A stretch of DNA of 64,000 nucleotides. Source: Candidatus Peregrinibacteria bacterium (GTDB lineage Bacteria; Patescibacteriota; Gracilibacteria; UBA1369; LOWO2-01-FULL-3). The stretch lies in NCBI GenBank assembly GCA_043810515.1, contig JBDRNZ010000027.1:2247-66246 (forward strand), given 5' to 3'. Positions 28,876-36,241 of this stretch are shown here, piece by piece (position 1 is the stretch's first letter; each line of letters begins with the position of its first letter). The notes beneath the pieces are model-generated. The model did not search any database. It saw only the letters and a program-made list of their open reading frames with translations, and was not told the DNA's origin. Both the position numbers and the translations under genes were made by a program.

Positions 28876-28894
28876 AATAAGCCTCGTGTAATAA

Positions 28895-28970
28895 GCCCGA
28901 GTAGCTCAGGGGATAGAGCAGCGCCCTTCTAAGGCGAAGGTCACAGGTTCAAATCCTGTCTCGGGTACCA
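28895..28970 (+). tRNA. tRNA-Arg (anticodon TCT), CCA encoded
   Basis: 76-nt cloverleaf folded by hand: acceptor GCCCGAG/CTCGGGT (G1.U72 wobble), D arm GCTC/GAGC, anticodon stem GCGCC/GGCGA, loop CTTCTAA, T arm ACAGG-TTCAAAT-CCTGT, then ACCA. Confidence 0.9.
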
Positions 28971-30465
28971 AAATCTGACTTTTCGGAATTTTTCCTTCCA
29001 TTTTTTGGGCGAATTGAAAGGCTTGCCACTCTGTATTTGGCTTTTTTAAACCATTTTCGGGCTGGCTAATTTGCACCCTTTTCTCGGCGAGACGGAGGTT
29101 CGAGCCAAAGATTTCTTTGGCAAGCGCTTTTTTAGGGAAAAGCGCTTCATCCCTTGCGATTTTCGGCGCATTCTGCGCCGTATTTATCCATTCCCTGAAC
29201 GGTTCGAGCCAATCATTCTGCTTTTGTTCAAGATTGATGATTTGTTCTTCCAGCGTCTTCTTTTTGCTCATCAGTTCTGCTTTTCTGACTCTGTATTCCT
29301 CACGGTCAATATCCTGCTCAAGATATACATCCATAAGCCGCTGGATTTGCATGCCGATTTTATGAATTTTCTTTTGTGCCTCTTGAACAAAAGCAGAGCA
29401 GGATTGGGCGGACTGTTTTTCATCATTTTGTGCCATTTTTAAAAGATCTTCCGCCCAATCCTGTGGCAAAGAAACTTTTTGAATAAGAGCCGAAAGCTGT
29501 TTGTCTAATTCTTCTTCACGCACATAGGGTTGAGTGCAGTTGATGGTCTTGGATTTCTTGGTACAGCGATAATAGGTATGTCCTTTCTGCACCTCAGCCG
29601 TTATCATCATGTCGCACTCACTGCATGAGAATAGTCCGCAAAACGCTTTCGGCTCATTTTTCGATTGTTTTCGCGGTTTGCCTCTTTCTTTTAGCACTTC
29701 CTGTACACGATCAAAAAGTTTCTTTGCTATGATTGGCTCGTGTTTGCCTTCATGCAGTTCTCCTGTATAGCGGAAATGTCCGTAATAGAAAGGATTTTTA
29801 AGGATAAATGTGATTCTGTCTTTGTGGATTCTCTTTCCGTTACGGGATAGGACTCCTTTTTGCGCCAAAAAGTCGGAAATATCTTCAAGTCGAGCGTTGC
29901 CCTGTGCGTAAAACTCAAATGCATCTTTGATGATTTTTGATTTCTTCTTATCAACTACAATGGTTTTGTTTCGAACATCATTTATATACCCGATCGGGGC
30001 AACGCTGGGATATTCTCCACGTCGCACTTTTTGGCGCAAACCTCGCTTCGTATTTTCGGAAAGAGAATCCACATAATATTTGCTTTGCCCAAATGCAATA
30101 TTGAGCATGAATTTTCCCTGTGGTGTCGACTCAAACCAGAATTGTGGAAATTTCAATGCTTCAATACGCCCGCAATCAATAAGATAGATTATTTTCCCAC
30201 CGTCCACAGAATTGCGCGCAAGTCTATCGGGATGCCACGCCAAAATTCCGGCCGCCTCGTTGTTTTCAACTCTTTTTAGCATTTCGTTGAAGATAGGGCG
30301 GCCTGGAATTTTGGCGGATTGTTTCTCGATAAAGACTTCTGCAATAGACAAGTTTTCTTGTTTTGCGAATGTGCGCAATTCTGTGATCTGCGCATCAATA
30401 CTCAAAACCTGCTTATCTTCCACATCAGTGGACTTGCGGGCATACAAAAAGAATTTTTGCTGCAT
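28906..30465 (-). CDS. Large serine recombinase (resolvase domain + recombinase domain + zinc ribbon + coiled coil)
   Basis: FFLYARKSTD...DAQ catalytic Ser motif, DRLARN, Cys cluster CGLFSCSECD...YYRCTKK..INC and a long coiled coil. ATG at 30465. The last ~65 codons run through IR-A and into the tRNA gene, with the stop TGA at 28906-28908 in the D arm. Confidence 0.9.
   Translation of the reverse strand: MQQKFFLYARKSTDVEDKQVLSIDAQITELRTFAKQENLSIAEVFIEKQSAKIPGRPIFNEMLKRVENNEAAGILAWHPDRLARNSVDGGKIIYLIDCGRIEALKFPQFWFESTPQGKFMLNIAFGQSKYYVDSLSENTKRGLRQKVRRGEYPSVAPIGYINDVRNKTIVVDKKKSKIIKDAFEFYAQGNARLEDISDFLAQKGVLSRNGKRIHKDRITFILKNPFYYGHFRYTGELHEGKHEPIIAKKLFDRVQEVLKERGKPRKQSKNEPKAFCGLFSCSECDMMITAEVQKGHTYYRCTKKSKTINCTQPYVREEELDKQLSALIQKVSLPQDWAEDLLKMAQNDEKQSAQSCSAFVQEAQKKIHKIGMQIQRLMDVYLEQDIDREEYRVRKAELMSKKKTLEEQIINLEQKQNDWLEPFREWINTAQNAPKIARDEALFPKKALAKEIFGSNLRLAEKRVQISQPENGLKKPNTEWQAFQFAQKMEGKIPKSQILVPETGFEPVTFALEGRCSIP
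28965..29099. repeat. IR-A, left copy (135 bp)
   Basis: Reverse complement of 30735-30869 with 7 mismatches and no indels (hand alignment). Confidence 0.95.
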
Positions 30466-30604
30466 ATTCTTGAGGTTAGTGAATAGAAAATTTAAATGAC
30501 CGTCTTGGTGCAACCAACTCAGGAGAAAACCTCAAGAATTGTCCAAGACGGCCATTTAAAAAGGTTTTCTCGCCTGTGTAGTTGGTTGCACCACTATTTT
30601 ACCA
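30466..30604 (-). promoter_or_regulatory. Recombinase promoter (extended -10 TGgTAAAAT on the minus strand, 30604-30596) and a ~125-nt leader with interleaved, mutually exclusive helices
   Basis: Complementary pairs are A 30491-30508 / A' 30543-30560 (17 of 18), B 30507-30531 / B' 30563-30592, and C 30466-30477 / C' 30528-30539 (12 of 12). C abuts the ATG. Confidence 0.5.
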
Positions 30605-30734
30605 AAATTCAAACAAAATCAAAAATTCTTTTTGTTGGGCAAAGCAAACAATAGGCTGCCCGAAGTTATTTATATTTTAAATTGGTTTTCGGACAGCCTG
30701 CAAGACAGAATCACAAAATCGCAAGGGATGTCGC

Positions 30735-30869
30735 ACCTCCGTCTCGCCGAGAAAAGGGCGCAAATTAGCCAGCCCGAAAATGGCTTAAATAAGCCGAATA
30801 CAGAGTGGCAAGCCTTGCAATTCGCCCGAAAAATGGAAGGAAAAATTCCGAAAAGTCAGATTTTGGTGC
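30735..30869. repeat. IR-A, right copy (inverted)
   Basis: See the left copy. It carries the same open frame (LRLAEKR.QISQPENGL.KPNTEWQA.QFA.KMEGKIPKSQILV) on the plus strand. Confidence 0.95.
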
Positions 30870-31221
30870 AGTTATATGACACTGCTCGAACATATTTTAG
30901 AGGAACTGGGGGCTAGCCTCCAGTGAAAATTCTAAAAAACGAACGAGGGTAGGTGCGCGGTGAAGCCTGGCACCGCGCACCTGAGAAATGAGGATCTAAA
31001 AACGCGCCGCCCGAGGTTCGGGGGCGGGCGGCGCGAATAAAACACTGTCCAAATTCCAAAGTTTGATAGGGAGGGCAGGCAAAAATTCATTATTGAAAGT
31101 TATACAAAACTTTAATACAAAACTTTAATACAATGGGAAAATAAGATAAACTATAAAATAGATAGTCTGCGTAAGTGTTTTGACGGAAGGAACCACTATA
31201 TGGTTTTGAAAAAGTGAAAGA
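30865..31221. repeat. IR-B, left copy (357 bp)
   Basis: Reverse complement of 36242-36584, roughly 90% identity by hand alignment. It differs by several indels, including a 13-nt tandem duplication (acaaaactttaat, 31104-31129) found only here. Contains GC-rich hairpins at 30951-30982 and 31003-31035. Confidence 0.9.
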
Positions 31222-31301
31222 AGAAGCTGAATGGAATATTATAGAAAGATTACCTATTATATCTATTATTTGGTCGATTATTGTTCACACAATTACAATT
31301 A

Positions 31302-31958
31302 TTAATCATTTACAATTACTAAATCAGCATTCCTTAATTGCTGATTTATCCATTGTTTCTCTGCTGGTTTAATAACACTATCAAACCATATTCGTAAAGT
31401 CGATGGATCCTCATCCCTTTCCAATACATCTCTATTGTATTTTCTTTGCCACCTTATTTCTTCTGGGATATTTAAAAAAACCGAAAAAAGCTTAAGTCTC
31501 ATAGATTGAACAGTATCTAATATTTCTGGATGCATTGCATAAAGACCTTCCACTATTAATGGAGTTTTTTGAAGTCTTAAATGTGCCCATCCGTTTTGCC
31601 TTGAAAGTTCATGTGAAAAAATTGGGATTCTTGCTATTTTTTTTCTAAAAATATCTTGTAAAGTTTCTATTAAAACATTCCAATTATAACAATCTGGTGA
31701 GTCCCATTGTCTAATATTAAGTTCTGGTAAAACCAGCTCCATTTCATCTTCATTCTTGAAGTAATTATCAAGGGATAAAAGAGAAACTCCTAATTCTTCC
31801 GAGATCATTTTAGATATTGTACTTTTGCCACTACCAGTTGGACCAGAAATTAAAAGAAGATCCGGCATTTCCTTCTGGCACACCTTGGTAATATGCTCAA
31901 AAGCCAATGATTCTGAGACAACACTCATAGTACTTTCCATGTTAGCTACTATTGACAA
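31302..31958 (-). CDS. Uridine kinase / phosphoribulokinase-family P-loop nucleoside kinase
   Basis: ISGPTGSGKSTIS Walker A, LSLDNYF, DSPD and IVEGLYA spacing as in Udk. The track start at 31958 is TTG; the first ATG is at 31940. Confidence 0.75.
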   Translation of the reverse strand: MSIVANMESTMSVVSESLAFEHITKVCQKEMPDLLLISGPTGSGKSTISKMISEELGVSLLSLDNYFKNEDEMELVLPELNIRQWDSPDCYNWNVLIETLQDIFRKKIARIPIFSHELSRQNGWAHLRLQKTPLIVEGLYAMHPEILDTVQSMRLKLFSVFLNIPEEIRWQRKYNRDVLERDEDPSTLRIWFDSVIKPAEKQWINQQLRNADLVIVND

Positions 31959-32029
31959 TTTACGCTAGATTCGGTAGACTTTTCAAGCAAATAATTGTAT
32001 AATATTTCAATTCTTCATTTTTTTAAAAA

Positions 32030-33202
32030 ATGCTTACCTACAAAAAACTGGGGTCTGATGCTGATAAAGACGCTGTTCACGAGGCGACAAAGGGGTTAGA
32101 CAAGGGGCTTTTCCCTGGGGCTTTCTGCTTCATTGCCCCTGATATTGCTGACAATGATTCATATTGTTGCCTTAAGCATACAGATGGAGCGGGAAGTAAG
32201 GCGAATGTGGCATATATGGCAACAAAAGAAGGGTTTAGTAGTGATGTGTGGAAAGGAATTGCTCATGATAGCCTAGTTATGAATATTGATGATATGGCAG
32301 CGGTTGGTGCTACTGAAAATTTTCAGTTAACTAACTGTATCGACAGAAATCCGTTTATTATTTCTGATGAAGCAGTATCAAAAATTATTGAAGGATATAG
32401 GGAATCCATCGACAATCTTTCTGGTTACACAAAAATTGATATGTGTGGCGGAGAAACTGCAGATACTGGCAATAATGTGCGTACTGTAGTTGTTAATTCT
32501 GACGCTTATGCTCGAATGAAAAGAGAAGATGTAATAGATGCAAGTAGAACCAGTGTCGGAGATGTTTTGGTTGGATTCTCGTCATACGGACAATCCAAGT
32601 ACGAAGACAAATACAATTCGGGGGTTAGTAGTAATGGTTTTACTCTGTTGACTCATGCCATGCTAGACTCATCATATAAAGCAAGATATCCGGAAACTTA
32701 TGATGAAAATATATCGGAAAGTGCATATTCTGGAGAATTTAATTTGAAAACAAAAATTCCTGGTACAGATATGACATTAGGAGAGGCGATGCTTTCTCCA
32801 ACTCGTTCGTACTTGCCACTCATAAAAGCATTATTGGCAAATAATAATAATGGAATAAAAGGAATTTTTAATTGTACGGGAGGAGGGCTAACAAAACCAA
32901 TAAGATTTGGTAAAGATGTAAAGTATGTAATGGATGGCATGATTGATCCTGGTCCATTTTTTAGGTTTGTATACGAGAATTCAGATATTGAACCACATGA
33001 ATTGTACAAAACATTTAATATGGGATGTAGGTTAATAATTTCTTGTACAATAGAGGCTGTTAATGGAATTCTCAAAAGCGCTGCCGATTTTGAGATTGAA
33101 GCAAAGGTAATTGGACGAGTTGAGCAATCATTAAAAGAAGGCATTAATGAAATTGAAATAACAGATCCTCTTAGTGATGAGGTTCTTAAATATGAAAAAT
33201 AA
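32030..33202 (+). CDS. PurM/AIR-synthase-family ATP-dependent enzyme (PurM-like)
   Basis: HTDGAGSK (compare DGVGTK), NIDDMAAVGA (compare VNDL...GA) and CGGETAD (compare GGETAEMP), with N- and C-domain lengths as in PurM. Confidence 0.75.
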   Translation: MLTYKKLGSDADKDAVHEATKGLDKGLFPGAFCFIAPDIADNDSYCCLKHTDGAGSKANVAYMATKEGFSSDVWKGIAHDSLVMNIDDMAAVGATENFQLTNCIDRNPFIISDEAVSKIIEGYRESIDNLSGYTKIDMCGGETADTGNNVRTVVVNSDAYARMKREDVIDASRTSVGDVLVGFSSYGQSKYEDKYNSGVSSNGFTLLTHAMLDSSYKARYPETYDENISESAYSGEFNLKTKIPGTDMTLGEAMLSPTRSYLPLIKALLANNNNGIKGIFNCTGGGLTKPIRFGKDVKYVMDGMIDPGPFFRFVYENSDIEPHELYKTFNMGCRLIISCTIEAVNGILKSAADFEIEAKVIGRVEQSLKEGINEIEITDPLSDEVLKYEK

Positions 33203-33205
33203 TCT

Positions 33206-33826
33206 ATGACAAAAATAAAAATTGCACTTCCAAAAGGAAGGTTTTATGATAGGAGCATGGCAATTATTGCAAGAACTACCAATAGAGATTTTTGTGATAT
33301 CAAGAAGAGTAAAAAATTAGTTTTTGAATCTGAAGATTATACTTTCTTCTTATTAAAATCATCGGATATTTGTAAATTTATCTTTGATAAGAAAATTGAT
33401 ATCGGAATTGTTCCTGATGAATGGATTTTAGAATATGAATTGCAGCACAAGGTAACGTTTGATAAGCTAAAAAGGATTGAGTGGGTACATACTAGAATTA
33501 GCTTAATTTCTAAGTCTGCAAATACTATCGGCAATAATGATGTCATTGCTTCCTCTTACCCCTTTATTGTCCTTAATTATTTAGAGCAAAAGGTTCAAAT
33601 TAATAATCATCCCGATATAAAAATCTATAAACTCAATGGGTCAATTGAAGCAACTATTCCTAAAATTTTTGCATTTGGCATAGATTGTGTTGAATCGGGG
33701 AAAACTATTTCTTGTAACGACTTAGTTGAATTAGACATTATTCATGACAATTTGTCCCTATCACTTATCAAAAAAAACGGGAGCAATCTCAATTTCCATC
33801 AAATTAATAATCTATACTTAGACTAA
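33206..33826 (+). CDS. Short-form HisG-like ATP phosphoribosyltransferase
   Basis: MTKIKIALPKGRFYDRS..., ...IDIGIVPDEWILE..., ...KLNGSIEA...GIDCVESGKTISCNDL aligns by eye along the whole length with ~205-aa HisG(S) proteins. Confidence 0.7.
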   Translation: MTKIKIALPKGRFYDRSMAIIARTTNRDFCDIKKSKKLVFESEDYTFFLLKSSDICKFIFDKKIDIGIVPDEWILEYELQHKVTFDKLKRIEWVHTRISLISKSANTIGNNDVIASSYPFIVLNYLEQKVQINNHPDIKIYKLNGSIEATIPKIFAFGIDCVESGKTISCNDLVELDIIHDNLSLSLIKKNGSNLNFHQINNLYLD

Positions 33827-34446
33827 TGCTACTTACATCACTTGCAAATACTAGCCCCATACTCAGAATAGATCTGTTAATGAACAATAAGGATTTGACC
33901 ACTTTAAGTGGCTTATGCCCCTTATCAGATATTGAGAAAAATAATATTGAATCAAAGAAGGTTGTGCCTAGGACTATTCGCAACATATTATTTGCGATGA
34001 ATGTTTTGGATGAATTATTTACAGAAATTACTGGTTTTAAAAGACATATATACATATTGGGTGATGGAACCATATGGAATTTTCTTGCAAAAAATATCTT
34101 GTATAAAGATATCAATAATATTGATAAATCTTATTATCTAGAAATTATGTGCACATTGGGGTTATCATATCGTTTTAATGTGGCAAAAAAATTTGGTTAT
34201 AGTGATACTAAGGTAATGCAATTGAGACTAAACGGATGGGGTAGAGCTTATTGTTTTAGTGAAGAAAATATTGATGATTATCAGAAATTAAAAGAAGATA
34301 TGTATAAATATTGGCTTCCGGTAATTTCTAAATATAAAAGTGAATACACTGACTTAGTTATGATGTGTGACAGCACTGAAAGACCTTTGGAGGTGGAAAA
34401 AATTCATAAGATTAATGAGATTTTACCCATTAAATTGGTTACATAA
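33826..34446 (+). CDS. Hypothetical protein (206 aa), no recognisable motif
   Basis: TAATG overlap with the HisG-like gene. Its operon position supports a real CDS. Confidence 0.6.
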   Translation: MLLTSLANTSPILRIDLLMNNKDLTTLSGLCPLSDIEKNNIESKKVVPRTIRNILFAMNVLDELFTEITGFKRHIYILGDGTIWNFLAKNILYKDINNIDKSYYLEIMCTLGLSYRFNVAKKFGYSDTKVMQLRLNGWGRAYCFSEENIDDYQKLKEDMYKYWLPVISKYKSEYTDLVMMCDSTERPLEVEKIHKINEILPIKLVT

Positions 34447-34455
34447 TAAACTCTA

Positions 34456-35157
34456 ATGAACAATAAATATATTATTATCACTGGAGCCTCATCAGGCATT
34501 GGAAAATCGGTTGCTATACAGGCTGCGAAAAAAGGCTTTAATCTAATTTTATCCGGAAGAAATTCTGTGAATTTAGACACTACTGCTAAATCTTGCAAAG
34601 ATTATAGTGTTGAAGTTATTACTGTTTGTGGCGACATTACAAATCGTTTAAATCGGGAGAAAATTATAAATATCGCAAAAGATAATAAAGATATTTTTGG
34701 GCTTGTAAATGCAGCAGGTGTTGGAAAATTTGGTGATCCTGCTGAGTTGACTGATGACATGCTGGATGAAATGTTCAACATAAATGTAAAAGCAATGTTT
34801 AGTTTAAGTAGAGAAGTAATAAAAATTAAACACAAAAAGAGTTTTCTTAATATAATTAATATTAGTTCAGATTGCGATCAAGTTGCCTTTCCAGATGCAA
34901 CTGGATATTGTGCGACAAAGGGAGGTGTTTTGATGATGTCTAAGGCATTTGGATTAGCGGTTAGAAAACAAAATGTAAGAGTTACATGTATATCTCCTGG
35001 TAGAGTTGATACCCATTTTAATAATAAGAAGCCTGGAATGAGGGTAGGGGCGTTGATGCCAGAGGAAGTTGCGGAAGTTGTTATGTTTGCCATTAATGCA
35101 CATAAAAATATTGAACTTCAAGAAATACGAATCGATAGTATGTCTAGAACTTGGTAA
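34456..35157 (+). CDS. Short-chain dehydrogenase/reductase (classical SDR)
   Basis: TGASSGIGKS cofactor motif, NISS and the YCATKGG catalytic YxxxK. Confidence 0.88.
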   Translation: MNNKYIIITGASSGIGKSVAIQAAKKGFNLILSGRNSVNLDTTAKSCKDYSVEVITVCGDITNRLNREKIINIAKDNKDIFGLVNAAGVGKFGDPAELTDDMLDEMFNINVKAMFSLSREVIKIKHKKSFLNIINISSDCDQVAFPDATGYCATKGGVLMMSKAFGLAVRKQNVRVTCISPGRVDTHFNNKKPGMRVGALMPEEVAEVVMFAINAHKNIELQEIRIDSMSRTW

Positions 35158-35167
35158 ATATTCTTTC

Positions 35168-35818
35168 ATGAAATCTGTTATTTTTGATCTTGATGGCACA
35201 CTAGTAGATTCGCAACACTTGCAGTTTTTGGCTTATAAGAAAGCTTTTAGTGAAATAGAATTACCGTTAAGCTGGGATGATTGGAAAGATTATTGGGTTA
35301 AGTTTTCAATAAACGCTTATGAATGGGCGTCTATTAAAAATCTGACTTACAATGTGGAAGCCATAAGAAAAAGAAAAAAAGAAATATACGAAAGGCTTAT
35401 TAAAAGTGAATTAGAAGCTAAACCTGGTGCAATTTCTTTAGTTAATGAATTACGGAAAAACGGATTCCAATTAGCTGTGGCGTCTTCCTCTAGAATAGAG
35501 TCAATAAAGCTTATTGTTGATATGCTTTTTGATAACACTTTTGATGTTTTAGAATCTGATACTGAATTAAACAGAAGAAAGCCTCATCATGAAGTTTTTT
35601 CTATAACCATGGAAAAAATGAATACGTCTCCATCTGAAACAGTTATTATTGAAGATTCAATTAGTGGTTATAATGCCGCTATAAATTCAGGCGCAAGATG
35701 TATTATTTGTCCAGATAGCACTATTGGTGATAAACATGATTTCCCAAAGGCTCAAATGGTTGTATCTTCATTGGAAGAGTTAAGCTCAGAAGATATTGCA
35801 AAATTACTGAATAAATAA
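35168..35818 (+). CDS. HAD-IA family phosphatase (beta-phosphoglucomutase-like)
   Basis: MKSVIFDLDGTLVDS (DxDxT), AVASSS, K...EDSISGYNAAINSG. Start taken at ATG 35168, not the overlapping 35069. Confidence 0.85.
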   Translation: MKSVIFDLDGTLVDSQHLQFLAYKKAFSEIELPLSWDDWKDYWVKFSINAYEWASIKNLTYNVEAIRKRKKEIYERLIKSELEAKPGAISLVNELRKNGFQLAVASSSRIESIKLIVDMLFDNTFDVLESDTELNRRKPHHEVFSITMEKMNTSPSETVIIEDSISGYNAAINSGARCIICPDSTIGDKHDFPKAQMVVSSLEELSSEDIAKLLNK

Positions 35819-36223
35819 CTCTCTTAGTTCTTTTTGTTTTACTAAGTTTTCAACGGGTAGGAATAATTTTTTGGGTAATTTTGCGTAATTAAACCATTTC
35901 CATTCTAGGCACTTGTTAGGCTCCCTGTTCTCGATCATCCCTTTTTTAATTTGTGCCACAATAAAAACAGTTATATATTGCTTATCTTCTTTTTTGAAAT
36001 AATCATTGGTTACATGAAATGGCTTTGGACTACAGCTTATTAGAACTCCTAACTCTTCTTTTATTTCACGTATAGCACAATCGTGAAAAGATTCCCCCCA
36101 TTCAATATGTCCACCAGGCATCCCCCAAGTACCACCGCCATGAGATCCCTTTCTTAAACCTAATAAGATATTATCTTTATCGATCAGAATAACCGAAACC
36201 CCTGTGCTTGGTCTTTTCTCCAT
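35804..36223 (-). CDS. Nudix hydrolase
   Basis: Nudix box GGHIEWGESFHDCAIREIKEELGV. Convergent 15-nt overlap with the HAD gene. Confidence 0.88.
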   Translation of the reverse strand: MEKRPSTGVSVILIDKDNILLGLRKGSHGGGTWGMPGGHIEWGESFHDCAIREIKEELGVLISCSPKPFHVTNDYFKKEDKQYITVFIVAQIKKGMIENREPNKCLEWKWFNYAKLPKKLFLPVENLVKQKELRELFIQ

Positions 36224-36241
36224 AAAATAAAATTAATTACA

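Noticed and set aside
30632-30916. 94-aa plus-strand ORF (MLGKANN...LRLAEKRAQISQPENGL...)
   Set aside because: Its conserved part is just the inverted IR-A copy of the recombinase 3' end, and the rest is unique leader or IR-B sequence. It has no independent start context. I treat it as a repeat-derived frame, relevant only as an alternative recombinase tail after inversion.
33206-33826. The HisG-like gene as evidence for a histidine biosynthesis operon
   Set aside because: No hisZ, D, C, B, H, A, F, I or E genes flank it. Its neighbours are PurM-like, SDR, HAD and Nudix genes on a mobile island, so a dedicated secondary pathway is more plausible than histidine synthesis.
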